DNA from: Ignavibacteriota bacterium
Lineage (GTDB): Bacteria; Bacteroidota; Ignavibacteria; UBA10030; UBA6906
Length of the DNA stretch: 64,000 bases
NCBI GenBank assembly: GCA_963801355.1
Contig: CAWDEM010000004.1
Span: forward strand, 1,408,001-1,472,000
Direction: 5' to 3'
In this document: positions 39,218 through 49,052 of the stretch, in pieces
How positions within the stretch are numbered: position 1 is the first letter of the stretch
Layout of the letters: every line of letters begins with the position of its first letter
Notes under the pieces: generated by a model
What the model was told of the DNA's origin: nothing
The model's input: the letters and a program-made list of their open reading frames with translations, nothing else
Database searches by the model: none
Made by a program: the position numbers and the translations under genes

Positions 39218-40360
39218 TCAACTCGCCGGCCCGGTTGTATCCGGCAGAGAAATCTCCTCAACGCTGGAGACAATGTTCATCACGCGCGACTGGTGATCGA
39301 TCGACTCCTTGTGGATGATCTCAAAGAGCTTTTGCACGAAGCCGGCTGAAAGGTTCTTCTCCAATCCCACCTTCATCCGGTTGCGGACGATTTCGTCCCA
39401 CCGGGTCGACTGCAGAATGGTGATGTTGTTGTCCTTCTTGTACTGACCGATCTCATCGGCGACCGACATACGGTCCGCCATAATCTCCAGCAGGTCCCTA
39501 TCAATCTTGTCGATCTTCTCACGAAGCTCCACCAGCTTTGTCCGGGTGAGAACGTCGTCAATGGATTCATGACGGAAGACAAGTCGCGACAGCAGCGTAC
39601 CCAATTCCGCCGGGGTCAGCTGTTGTTTCGCATCGCTCAACGCCTCCGCCGGGCGGATGTGTGCCTCGATCATCAAGCCGTCGTAGTTCAGGTCGAGTGC
39701 CGTCTGTGAGACCGGCTGAAGCAGTTCCGTCGACCCGCACATATGGCTCGGATCGCAGATCAGGGGAAGTCCGGGGATCCGTCGCTTCAGTTCGATGGGG
39801 ATTTCCCAGTTGGGTTTGTTGCGGTACCGCGACCGTTCGAACGTCGAGAAGCCGCGGTGGATGGCGCCCAGCCGGGTGATGCCTGCCTTGTTGATCCGCT
39901 CGAGCGCTCCGATCCAGAGTTCAAGATCCGGATTTACCGGGTTCTTCACGAGGACCGGGACATCCGAACCCCTGAGCGCGTCCGCAATTTCCTGCACCGC
40001 GAAAGGATTGGCTGCGGTGCGCGCCCCCACCCAGAGAATCGAAATTCCCGCTGCAAGCGCCTGCTCGACATGCCTGCTGTTGGCGACTTCGATCGCCGTG
40101 GGCAGACCGGTTGCCTCCTGGGCCATCCGGAGCCACGCAAGGGCCGGTCGTCCCATGCCTTCGAACGCCGATGGTCGCGTCCGGGGTTTCCAGACTCCGG
40201 CGCGCAGTACGTGGACCCGCTTCAGCGCCGCGAGAGCCCGGGCGGTGGACATCACTTGCTCCTCGCTTTCCGCGCTGCACGGGCCCGAGATGATGATCGG
40301 GCGATCCAGCGTAAGCCCGAGGGGTCGGTCCTTTATGAAATGCAGATGCGCTTCCATCAT
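39218..40360 (-). CDS. Bifunctional DAHP synthase / chorismate mutase (Bacteroidota type)
   Basis: GPCSAESEEQ, WKPRTRP, WVGAR, VKNP, HRGF, DPSH, plus a C-terminal AroQ domain (LREKIDKID). Confidence 0.93.
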   Translation of the reverse strand: MMEAHLHFIKDRPLGLTLDRPIIISGPCSAESEEQVMSTARALAALKRVHVLRAGVWKPRTRPSAFEGMGRPALAWLRMAQEATGLPTAIEVANSRHVEQALAAGISILWVGARTAANPFAVQEIADALRGSDVPVLVKNPVNPDLELWIGALERINKAGITRLGAIHRGFSTFERSRYRNKPNWEIPIELKRRIPGLPLICDPSHMCGSTELLQPVSQTALDLNYDGLMIEAHIRPAEALSDAKQQLTPAELGTLLSRLVFRHESIDDVLTRTKLVELREKIDKIDRDLLEIMADRMSVADEIGQYKKDNNITILQSTRWDEIVRNRMKVGLEKNLSAGFVQKLFEIIHKESIDHQSRVMNIVSSVEEISLPDTTGPAS

Positions 40361-41262
40361 TCTGTCCTCTCATGAGTTCCAGCAGGCGCGGCCGGGGGTT
40401 GTTTGCCGTTCCCGTTCAGCCCGGAAAGAACGCGGCGTATCTCGTTGGCCTGTTTCATCGTGGTGTGCAATGCCTGATGCGACCCTGCCTCGATCATTTC
40501 CTTGAAGTGCGTGATGTTGCGGATATAGGCATCCAGAGCCTCACAGACGTATGTGGCATTCTGCATGAATATCGGTGTCCACATATCCGGTGAGCTTTTC
40601 GCCAGACGAACGGTCGATTCAAAACCGGAACCCGCGAGATCAAATATGGTTGAGGTATTTTTCTCGATTTCCAGAACCGTCGTGGCCAGCACGAAGGATG
40701 TGATATGGGAAATGTGCGAAACGTACGCGACATGCAGGTCATGGGACTGTGCATCCATCGTCAGGAGGCGCATACCGACAATACCGTAGATGCGGCGGAT
40801 CAGCGCGACGGCGTCCGGATCGCTTTGCTCGAGGTTGCAGAGAATGCCCAGCTTGTCGCGGAACAGTCCGGCGAGCGCGGCTGCCGGACCGCTGTTCTCC
40901 GTGCCCGCGATGGGATGCGAAGCCACGAACCGCCCGCGGCGGGGATGCCGTTCCACTGCAGAACAGATGCCGTGCTTGGTCGAGCCCATGTCGGCCACCA
41001 CCGCGGATGGAGGGATGCCGTCCAGCACCGCAGGGAGGAGCTGCGCAGTGGCAGTGACCGGGACGGCAATGATGACCAGATCTGCTGACTCTATAGCCTG
41101 TTCGAGGGGACGGATTTCATCGACCAGTCCGATGGCTTGTGCCAGGCGTGCATTCCCGGGGTTGTTATCGACGCCGATGATCCGGGAGGTGAATCCGGCG
41201 GCACGGAGGTCTCTCGCCCATGAGCCGCCAATGAGGCCGGGACCGATGACAACGGTGGTCAT
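40357..41262 (-). CDS. tyrA: Prephenate dehydrogenase
   Basis: GPGLIGGS, DMGSTK, HPIAGTE, HD...AYVSH, GSGFESTVRLA; start at ATG 41262. Confidence 0.93.
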   Translation of the reverse strand: MTTVVIGPGLIGGSWARDLRAAGFTSRIIGVDNNPGNARLAQAIGLVDEIRPLEQAIESADLVIIAVPVTATAQLLPAVLDGIPPSAVVADMGSTKHGICSAVERHPRRGRFVASHPIAGTENSGPAAALAGLFRDKLGILCNLEQSDPDAVALIRRIYGIVGMRLLTMDAQSHDLHVAYVSHISHITSFVLATTVLEIEKNTSTIFDLAGSGFESTVRLAKSSPDMWTPIFMQNATYVCEALDAYIRNITHFKEMIEAGSHQALHTTMKQANEIRRVLSGLNGNGKQPPAAPAGTHERTE

Positions 41263-42446
41263 GACGTCCTCCAGGATGAAGAGGCTGTACACGTGTGTAT
41301 GAGCGCCAATGCCTCCGTGAGTGTGGGCACGGGGCTGCAGAGTGACAGGCGGAGATAGCCGGCGCCGCGCTCCCCAAAAACCGATCCGGGAACGAGGAAG
41401 ACATGCGCCCGGTCGAGGACCTCATCCGCCAGGGTTTCTGCGTCTTCCGCAGAATCCACGATTTCACCCCACACAAACATTCCTGCCTGGGAGGGACTGA
41501 CTGTACAACCCAGGCGGTTAAGGATCCGTTCGCCCATCATCCGGCGTGCGCGGTACTCGGCCCGGAGACGGTCATACCAGGAACGATCGCTCTGAAGGGC
41601 CACCGTTGCCGCATGCTGGAGTGAAAGCGACATTCCTGATTCGACATTGCTGGCGACACGGCCGATCGCATCGATGTACGCATGATTGCCCGCAGCCCAT
41701 CCGATGCGCCAGCCTGAGAGGTTGTGCGATTTGCTCATGGAATGAAGTTCAATTGCGAGTTCGCGCGCCCCGGGGCATGCCAGAATGCTCAACAACTCGT
41801 CGCTGTCGCCGAGCTGCGGGTAAGGATTGTCGTGGCAAAGGAGAATCTGGTGCTCCCCGGCAAATCGCACGAGGTCGTTGAGTACTGATTTCCGGGCGGG
41901 AGCGCCTGTCGGCATATGGGGATAGTTCGCCCAGAGAAGCTTCACGCCATGCAAATCCATTTGTGCGAGGAAGGCCCAATCCGGGGCCCAATCATGTGCC
42001 GGATCGAGCGGATACGGCAGGACCCGTGCTCCTGTCATCCTTGCAACGCCCGCGTATGTGGGATATCCCGGGTCGGGAACGAGCACAGCATCGCCGGGAT
42101 TCACGAAGGCAAGAGTGACGTACAACATCCCCTGCTTTGAACCGGGGAGGGGAAGTATTTCCGTGGACGGGTCGAGATCGCACTTGAAGTGCTGGCGCAC
42201 ATAGCCGGCCATTGCAGTACGAAGTTCGGGAATTCCTCTATACGGCTGATAGCTGTAGTGACGTCCGTCTGCCGCCGATGCAACGAGGCAATCGATGGTC
42301 TCACGGGACGGCGGGAGATCGGGGCTCCCGATGCCAAGATTGATGACGCGTTGACCTGCCGATTCCATTTCCCGGATCTGCCGCAATTTGACGGCGAAGT
42401 AGTACTCGTCAACAGTGTGCAGACGGTCGGCGAGAGGTACAATCAT
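41259..42446 (-). CDS. Class I/II PLP aminotransferase (probably aromatic amino acid or prephenate aminotransferase)
   Basis: EYYFAVKL, INLGIGSPD, NYPHMPTG, DNPY, SMSKSHNLSGWRIG; operon context. Confidence 0.9.
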   Translation of the reverse strand: MIVPLADRLHTVDEYYFAVKLRQIREMESAGQRVINLGIGSPDLPPSRETIDCLVASAADGRHYSYQPYRGIPELRTAMAGYVRQHFKCDLDPSTEILPLPGSKQGMLYVTLAFVNPGDAVLVPDPGYPTYAGVARMTGARVLPYPLDPAHDWAPDWAFLAQMDLHGVKLLWANYPHMPTGAPARKSVLNDLVRFAGEHQILLCHDNPYPQLGDSDELLSILACPGARELAIELHSMSKSHNLSGWRIGWAAGNHAYIDAIGRVASNVESGMSLSLQHAATVALQSDRSWYDRLRAEYRARRMMGERILNRLGCTVSPSQAGMFVWGEIVDSAEDAETLADEVLDRAHVFLVPGSVFGERGAGYLRLSLCSPVPTLTEALALIHTCTASSSWRTS

Positions 42447-43288
42447 GCGTTCTTCTTTCCCCGCGGATATTCTCCGAGGATCTTCATTTCTTGAACGTGA
42501 GGTGCAATGGCCTCCAGGCCCGCCTGATAGTGCTCCGCTGACTCAAACTCCAGGTCGACATGCATATAGTACTCCCACTCACGCCCGAGGACCGGCAACG
42601 ACTGGATCTTGGTGAGGTTGCAGCCCTCATGCGCAAGGATAGTGAGGACGCGGGCAAGACTGCCGCGGGTGTGGGGCACGTGGAAGGCGAGTGTTGCTTT
42701 GTCAGGTGCCGGACGGGTTCCGTTGATCTCGGAGCGTTGATGCAGCACGAGGAAACGCGTGAAATTGCGCTTGTCGGTCTCGATGCCCGCGGCGAGCACC
42801 TGGAGTCCGAACAGCTGAGCCGCCCGTTTGCCGGCGATCGCCCCGAAGCCATGCTTCTTATGCCTGGCGATCCATAATGCGCTCGCTGCGGTGTCCGTCG
42901 TCTCGACAAGGCGTACTTGCGGATGTCTTTCAAAGTATGCCTGGCACTGCTGGATGGCCATGGGGTGTGAGTGTACTTCCCGTATGTTCTCGAGTTTTTG
43001 TCCAGGAAGGCAGAGCAGGTTCTGGTGGATCGGCAGATAGATTTCTCCGATGATGGCCATGTCGGAGGTCCGGAGGAGCGCATAGTTCGGCAGGATCGTT
43101 CCGGCGACGGTGTTTTCAATGGCCATGACTGCATACTTCACCTTCCGCTTTTTGAGCAGGATGAACATGTCACGGAAGGTTTCGCAGGGGACCGGCAGGT
43201 ACGCACCGGTGAAATACTGTGCCGCCGCTTCGTCGTGAAACGATCCGGCGATTCCCTGGATGGCGACGGTTTCTGATGGAGTGTCCAT
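42443..43288 (-). CDS. pheA: Prephenate dehydratase
   Basis: AIQG..GSFH, IENT, SHP.A..QC, NFTRF, ACT domain (LTKIQSLP); start at ATG 43288. Confidence 0.94.
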   Translation of the reverse strand: MDTPSETVAIQGIAGSFHDEAAAQYFTGAYLPVPCETFRDMFILLKKRKVKYAVMAIENTVAGTILPNYALLRTSDMAIIGEIYLPIHQNLLCLPGQKLENIREVHSHPMAIQQCQAYFERHPQVRLVETTDTAASALWIARHKKHGFGAIAGKRAAQLFGLQVLAAGIETDKRNFTRFLVLHQRSEINGTRPAPDKATLAFHVPHTRGSLARVLTILAHEGCNLTKIQSLPVLGREWEYYMHVDLEFESAEHYQAGLEAIAPHVQEMKILGEYPRGKKNA

Positions 43289-43295
43289 AATAACG

Positions 43296-43320
43296 AAAAA
43301 ACCCGACTGAGAGTCGGGGT
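43296..43320 (-). terminator. Intrinsic terminator (attenuator) upstream of pheA
   Basis: Minus strand CCCGACU-CUC-AGUCGGG followed by UUUUUU. Confidence 0.85.
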
Positions 43321-43349
43321 TCCTTGTTTCTGCGATGGTCAAGGGAGAG

Positions 43350-43421
43350 TCATTCCCGACACGAGGGCCTCATGGCGCGGTAAAAATAGAAAAAGTAGCC
43401 GGAGAATGACGTGGTTTTCAT
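43350..43421 (-). CDS. Phe/Tyr attenuator leader peptide MKTTSFSGYFFYFYRAMRPSCRE
   Basis: 23-codon ORF with six consecutive Tyr/Phe codons, upstream of a terminator and the phe/tyr operon. Confidence 0.85.
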   Translation of the reverse strand: MKTTSFSGYFFYFYRAMRPSCRE

Positions 43422-43428
43422 ACCATGC

Positions 43429-43456
43429 AATCTATGAAAACTGCACAGAGATGCAA
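43429..43456 (-). promoter_or_regulatory. Putative sigma70 promoter of the phe/tyr operon
   Basis: TTGCAT (43456-43451), 16 nt, TAGATT (43434-43429), 7 nt before the leader ATG. Confidence 0.6.
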
Positions 43457-43488
43457 GAAAAAAAGCCCTGTGATGTCGAGCTGTCTTT

Positions 43489-44403
43489 CTACGGCTGAAG
43501 TATCCCGTTTTCCTTCAAAAATACCCTGATCATGGCAAAAATGCGCACCATGTCATCCCGCGAAAAACCACCATGCTTGTCCCCCGGGATCGTTACAAGC
43601 TTGTTTGGCACGCCTGCCTTGTCAAGTGCGGAATGCAGCCGCACGGCGTGCGAGTACGGGACGAGATCGTCATTGTCGCCGTGGATCGTAAAGACCGGGG
43701 GCACGTCTTTCCGCACGTAGGTGAGGGGCGAAAGACGCGCGGCAAGCCGGTCGCGGTCAGGCTGACTTCCCAACCATGAGACGGCATAGTTCTGCCGGTT
43801 TGGACCGGCAAGCAGGTCTTTCACGTCAGTGATGCCGTACCAGTTGACGATTGCTGCAACCTTCAGCGGGACCAGGTTCTGATCCCACTCGCGCGTTGCA
43901 TCGAAACCTGCGGCCGAGTCGAGCATGCCGGTCATGAGCGCGAGATGCCCGCCGGCGGAGCTTCCTGTCACAATGATCCGGCTGGAATCGAAGTTGTACC
44001 TCCGTGCATTTTTCATCACCCACCGCAACGCCAGCCTGCAATCCTCCACCGCAGCGGGGGCGAGGGCGACCCGCGCGAGGCGGTAGTCCACGTTCACGAC
44101 GGAGAGGCCCATTTCCAGATAGGGGAGAAATGCCAGCAACGCCGTTTCCTTCGTGCCGATCACCCAACCGCCCCCGTGGATGAACACGACTGTGGGCACG
44201 GGTGCGTCTGTTCCTTTCCGTACGTACGCATCCAGCTTGCAGTCGAAGTTGTCGGCAGTCGCGTAGATGACATCCGGTACAATTGAGTAGTGCTGTGCGA
44301 GGTCAACAGACCAGCCGAACCCGTCCGCCGGCGCCGTTTGTCCCGGAACCGTCTGCGCGGCAAGAGCGATAGCGCAGAGCAGTGCAATCAGCGTGCGATG
44401 CAT
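43489..44403 (-). CDS. Secreted HSL-family alpha/beta esterase
   Basis: Signal peptide MHRTLIALLCAIALAA, HGGGW, GSSAGG, HGDNDDLVP, HG. Confidence 0.88.
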   Translation of the reverse strand: MHRTLIALLCAIALAAQTVPGQTAPADGFGWSVDLAQHYSIVPDVIYATADNFDCKLDAYVRKGTDAPVPTVVFIHGGGWVIGTKETALLAFLPYLEMGLSVVNVDYRLARVALAPAAVEDCRLALRWVMKNARRYNFDSSRIIVTGSSAGGHLALMTGMLDSAAGFDATREWDQNLVPLKVAAIVNWYGITDVKDLLAGPNRQNYAVSWLGSQPDRDRLAARLSPLTYVRKDVPPVFTIHGDNDDLVPYSHAVRLHSALDKAGVPNKLVTIPGDKHGGFSRDDMVRIFAMIRVFLKENGILQP

Positions 44404-44436
44404 GACAGACCTCCCTGGTTGAACCTGTGTGTTCAC

Positions 44437-44736
44437 TTAGACAATTCTCTCCAATGGCAGCTGGAAAAGACGGATCTTGTCATCCGCGCGAAGTATTCCT
44501 TTGTTCGTTTCGATGATCTCCGTCACGAGTTTCTCGAGCAGCTCTTCCTCGCGAAAGGCGATCATCAGCACGGAGTTATGTCCCGGGAAGCTTCGCGTGC
44601 CGAGGTGCGGTTCCGTTCCGTGCCCTTTCCCCTTCACCTCATCCCACTGTGTGTAGAAGTCGATACCAAGCGTATGAAGAACCGACATCAGTCGAGGGGT
44701 GTATACATCGTTGCATACCGTGAGTGCGATTTTCAT
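44437..44736 (-). CDS. PII-like transporter-associated protein (PG0541 family)
   Basis: 99 aa; YTQWDEVKGKG...EPHLGT..FPGHNS; coupled to the RND gene. Confidence 0.7.
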   Translation of the reverse strand: MKIALTVCNDVYTPRLMSVLHTLGIDFYTQWDEVKGKGHGTEPHLGTRSFPGHNSVLMIAFREEELLEKLVTEIIETNKGILRADDKIRLFQLPLERIV

Positions 44737-47700
44737 GAGTGAGATTTCCTTTTCATTCCGGGAATGACTCCGGCAAGTTTGCGGAACAATGCGCCGAAGG
44801 AGAAGTCATCGAGAATCGAATAGACCACCGGCACGACAAAGAGCGTGAGCAGTGTGGAGGTGATCAAGCCGCCGATGACTGCCTGTCCCATGGGTGACCT
44901 GAGCTCGCTTCCTTCGCCGAAGGCCAGGGCCACGGGCATCATCCCGAAGATCATGGCAAAGGTGGTCATGAGAATCGGGCGCAGCCGTGTGGCACCCGCC
45001 ATAATCAATGCCTCAGACCGTTCGTGCCCTCTGTCACGAAGCACGTTGGCAAAATCGACAAGCAGAATGCCGTTCTTGGTGACCAGGCCCATCAGCATAA
45101 TAATGCCGATCAGCGACATAACGGAGAGGGCGCTGTTGAACAGAATCAGGGCAACGATGGCGCCGATGAGTGACATAGGGAGGGCGAGCATGATCGCAAA
45201 GGGGTACCGGAAGCTTTCAAATTGCGAGGCCAGCACGATGTAGACGAACACGATCGCCAGTCCCAGAGAGAGAAGAATATTGCCAAACGATTCCGCCTGC
45301 ATTTCGCCCATACCGACGACGCTGACGGAATAGCCTGACGGGAGCCCGGCCTGTTTGATGCGCGCCTGGACATCGCCCAGCACCTCCCCGAGGAGTCGTC
45401 CGTTGAGATTCGCGTCGATGCGAATCTCGCGCTGGCGGTCGAAGCGGTTGATCTTGGAGGGTCCGGATGCCTGCTGGATATCCGCCACCGACCCGAGAGG
45501 TATCAGGAATTTCTGGCCGTTGCCGGCGTCCTTGGTGCTTTTGATGGTCATCGCCCGTACGTTTTCGAGCGACGACCTGTCGGTTTTATTCAGGCGGACC
45601 CGGACATCATACTGTTCTTCCCCCTCCTGGAATTTTGTTGCGACGTAGCCGTCGACCATGGCGCGGGCGCTCGTAGCGATCAGGCCGACATTGATCCCGA
45701 GGTCTGAAGCTTTTTCCCTGTCGATGTTCAGCCGCACTTCGGGTTTCGACGTCTCGAGGCTGTTCTCCACATCGGCGGCCCCGGGAGTCGTACGGAACAC
45801 ATACTCCACCTGGCCGGCAATGTCCCGCAACGTTGCGAGATTTTCTCCCCGGACACTCATGATTGCCGCCTTCTGGTTTCCCCCCATGCCGCCCGAGACC
45901 TGAAAACCGAAATTCGCGCCGGCAGTACGGCTGATTTCACGTCGCGCCTCATCCATGATTTGCTCGACGCCTTTACGGCGTTCCGCTTTCTTGACCAGTT
46001 TGACGAGAATCGTCCCCTTGGTCACGGGATCGTTGCCTGCACCGATCGTTGTGAGTGTGGTGGTCACTTCCGGAAAGGTCCGGAGGACTTTCTCTGCCGA
46101 CAAGCAGAGGTTGCTGGTTTGTGCGAGCGAGCTGCCCGGCGCCGCGGTGACAACGACATTGAATTCGCTCTGATCCATGGCGGGGAAGAATGAGGTGCCG
46201 AGGAAGCGGATCAGGAAAAAGCTGAAGAGAAAGATGCCGATGGATCCCAGGACAACAGCAGCACGGTGGCCGAGCGACCAACGAATGGCGTCCCGGTATT
46301 TCTGACTCAGGACGGTGAACGCATGGTTGAACCAGTAGAGCCCGCGCCGGATGATGTTTCCTTCATTGGTGAGCTCTTCATCCTTCTCAGTCAGCCACCG
46401 GGAGGAGAGCATCGGGGTGAGCGTGAACGCCACGAACAGCGAGACGAGCACCGACACCGAAACGGTGATGCCGAATTCATAGAAGAACCGCCCTACAATA
46501 CCCGGCATAAATGCCACAGGAATGAATACTGCCACGATGGTGAAGGTCGTCGCCATGACTGCGAGGCCGATTTCGCTTGTTGCCGCCTTCGCCGCCTCCA
46601 TCGGTGTCTCACCGTCCTGCATATGGCGATAGATATTCTCGATCACCACGATGGCATCGTCGATCAGGAGACCCACGGCCAGGGAGAGCGCCAGCAGCGT
46701 CATGGTGTTGAGCGTGAAGTTGAGTGCGAACATGATGATGAAGCTGGCGATAATGGATGTCGGTAATGCGATTGCACTGATGAGGGTTGAGCGTATGTTG
46801 GCAAGGAAAAGGTACACGACGATGACGGCGAACAGACCGCCGTACAGGATGTCGAAGATGACGTCGTTCACCGACTCGCGAATGAATGTGCTGTTGTCGC
46901 GCGCGATCGTCAGATGCATATCGGGCGGAAGTTCCGACCGGATCTTTGCGATTTGTTTCTGGATGGCGTCGGCGACGCGCACCGTGTTGCTGCCGGATTG
47001 CCGCAGTATGCTGAGGCCGACGGCCGGCATGCCGTTCACCCGTGAGAGGCTCTTCTGTTCCTCGATGCCGTCCTCAACCGTGGCGACCTCGGAGAGGTGG
47101 ACGACCTTTCCGCCGGGTGTCGCGACGACCACCTTGGCGAAATCCCCGACACTGGTATATTTCCCCATTGTGCGGAGGAGGATCTGCCGGCTGCCCTGTT
47201 CGAGATTTCCTGCGGGGATCTCGACATTCGCCGCCGCAACGCTCTGGATGACGTCCTGGATGGAGAGATTGTACGCCTGAAGCCGTGCGGCATCAACGGT
47301 GACATGTATCTCCCGCTCCGCGCCGCCGATCAAGTCCACCCGCCCGACCCCCGAGACGGTTTCGAGACGTTTCTTGATGACGTTTTTTGTGAAGGTCGTG
47401 ATGTCTTTCGGCGATTGTTCGCCGGACACGGTCAACGTGAAAATCGGCGTGCTGGCGGGGTCGAGACGTTGGATGACCGGATCCTCGATGTCCGCCGGAA
47501 GGTCGCTCCGTATGGCGGCGATTTTCTCGCGCACATCCTGGGCGGCTTGCTGTCCCTTCACCTCCAATTTGAACTGGATGATGACGATGGACACGCCTTC
47601 CTGGGATATGGATTGGATGTGATCGACACCCGCGATGGTGTTGACGGCGTCTTCGATCTTCTTGGTCACGTCGGTTTCGATCTGTTCGGGCCCGGCCCCG

Positions 47701-47855
47701 GGGAGCACCGTTGTCGCGGTGACATACGGGAAGTCGACGTCAGGAAATTGGTCGATATTCAACTTCATGTATGAGAACAGCCCCAGCACAATGAGAGCGA
47801 GAATCATCATCGTCGCAAACACCGGGCGATCTATGGAGACATCAGCAAGCTTCAT
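44733..47855 (-). CDS. RND efflux permease (HAE1-like)
   Basis: SIDRPVFATM, GLLIDDAIVVIENI, GLVTKNGILLVD, RLRPILMT. Confidence 0.96.
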   Translation of the reverse strand: MKLADVSIDRPVFATMMILALIVLGLFSYMKLNIDQFPDVDFPYVTATTVLPGAGPEQIETDVTKKIEDAVNTIAGVDHIQSISQEGVSIVIIQFKLEVKGQQAAQDVREKIAAIRSDLPADIEDPVIQRLDPASTPIFTLTVSGEQSPKDITTFTKNVIKKRLETVSGVGRVDLIGGAEREIHVTVDAARLQAYNLSIQDVIQSVAAANVEIPAGNLEQGSRQILLRTMGKYTSVGDFAKVVVATPGGKVVHLSEVATVEDGIEEQKSLSRVNGMPAVGLSILRQSGSNTVRVADAIQKQIAKIRSELPPDMHLTIARDNSTFIRESVNDVIFDILYGGLFAVIVVYLFLANIRSTLISAIALPTSIIASFIIMFALNFTLNTMTLLALSLAVGLLIDDAIVVIENIYRHMQDGETPMEAAKAATSEIGLAVMATTFTIVAVFIPVAFMPGIVGRFFYEFGITVSVSVLVSLFVAFTLTPMLSSRWLTEKDEELTNEGNIIRRGLYWFNHAFTVLSQKYRDAIRWSLGHRAAVVLGSIGIFLFSFFLIRFLGTSFFPAMDQSEFNVVVTAAPGSSLAQTSNLCLSAEKVLRTFPEVTTTLTTIGAGNDPVTKGTILVKLVKKAERRKGVEQIMDEARREISRTAGANFGFQVSGGMGGNQKAAIMSVRGENLATLRDIAGQVEYVFRTTPGAADVENSLETSKPEVRLNIDREKASDLGINVGLIATSARAMVDGYVATKFQEGEEQYDVRVRLNKTDRSSLENVRAMTIKSTKDAGNGQKFLIPLGSVADIQQASGPSKINRFDRQREIRIDANLNGRLLGEVLGDVQARIKQAGLPSGYSVSVVGMGEMQAESFGNILLSLGLAIVFVYIVLASQFESFRYPFAIMLALPMSLIGAIVALILFNSALSVMSLIGIIMLMGLVTKNGILLVDFANVLRDRGHERSEALIMAGATRLRPILMTTFAMIFGMMPVALAFGEGSELRSPMGQAVIGGLITSTLLTLFVVPVVYSILDDFSFGALFRKLAGVIPGMKRKSHS

Positions 47856-47887
47856 GGTCTTCTGCCTTGTTGTCTAGTGGGATCTCT

Positions 47888-48964
47888 TCAGCGCGAACCG
47901 GCCTGCTGCGCGACGGTCACATAACTGCTGTCGCGAACGTTGTTGATGCCAACCGTTGCCACACTGTCGGTGGGGAGGATGCCCTTGAGAATGGCGGTCC
48001 GTTCCCCGTCGCTCATGCCGACCTCCACGACCCGCTGATGTGCCTGACCATTCTTCACGACAAAGACCTTGCTTATGACGCCATCTGTCTGTATGGCTGT
48101 GTTGGGCACCGAGAGGATACCGGCTCCGGAGCTTACCTGCAGCCGTGCCCTGGCAAACATGCCGGGGCGGAACCAGCGATCCGGCGTGTTCGCAAACATT
48201 GCCTTCACTTCGAACGAACGGGAGCGAACATCGGCCGAGCGGGAAATCTGCACGATGCTGCCCTGCACCGTGAGATCCGGCCGGGCTTCCGAAGTGATGC
48301 CGACCTTCTGCCCGACGGCCAGAGCAGTGACATCGGTTTCGTTGAGATTAAAGATGGCCTTCATCCGGTCAATCCGTGCCACAGTGGCGAGCGTTGCTCC
48401 GGGCGACGTGAGGTCTCCGATATTTGCGTTCACGGCAGTGACCACGCCGGCGATCGGTGTCGTAAGCTCAACCATGCTGCGGGCAGCAACGTAATTCGCG
48501 CGCGCAACGTCGTATGCGGTCTGCGCAGCGTCAAGGGTCTGCAGCGAGACCGCGCCTTCGGCATAGAGGGATTTCATCCGCCCAAGGGACTTCTCGGCAT
48601 TCCGGTAACCTGCCTCGGCCTGGTAGAACTGTGACGAGGCTCCGGCCTTGTCCAGTGTCAAAACCAACCTCCCGGCGGGAACGGCCATCCCCACCCTGAC
48701 ATGAACTCCGGCAATGCGTTCGGAGATCTTGGGAACGATGTTGGCCTGCTCCTGTCCCTCGAGCGTTGCAGAGTAGACTCGTGCGACGGAGATGGCTCCT
48801 TTCTGTACCGTGGCAACCTCGACAGGCACCCTGATTATTGCCCCTTCGGCTTCACCCGGGACGGAGTCGGACTTGTGGGTTCCGCAACCGGCGAGCAGAG
48901 CCAGGGTCACGAGGCCAAGAACGCACGCGCTCCGGGCCAGGATGTTCTGCAAAGTAGTCTTCAC
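47888..48964 (-). CDS. RND periplasmic adaptor (lipoprotein)
   Basis: LAGC lipobox, lipoyl/hairpin architecture, PGMF motif. Confidence 0.92.
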   Translation of the reverse strand: MKTTLQNILARSACVLGLVTLALLAGCGTHKSDSVPGEAEGAIIRVPVEVATVQKGAISVARVYSATLEGQEQANIVPKISERIAGVHVRVGMAVPAGRLVLTLDKAGASSQFYQAEAGYRNAEKSLGRMKSLYAEGAVSLQTLDAAQTAYDVARANYVAARSMVELTTPIAGVVTAVNANIGDLTSPGATLATVARIDRMKAIFNLNETDVTALAVGQKVGITSEARPDLTVQGSIVQISRSADVRSRSFEVKAMFANTPDRWFRPGMFARARLQVSSGAGILSVPNTAIQTDGVISKVFVVKNGQAHQRVVEVGMSDGERTAILKGILPTDSVATVGINNVRDSSYVTVAQQAGSR

Positions 48965-49052
48965 TGGTGTGTGTCTCCTGATTATTCTCTATGTCTCTCT
49001 GGTTTCATGTCTACAAGCCGTCGTGCGCGACACGCTCTCTTTCGGCGATCCA

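Noticed and set aside
43289-43342. ORF-track N-terminal extension of pheA
   Set aside because: It runs through the attenuator terminator; the dehydratase domain starts at ATG 43288.
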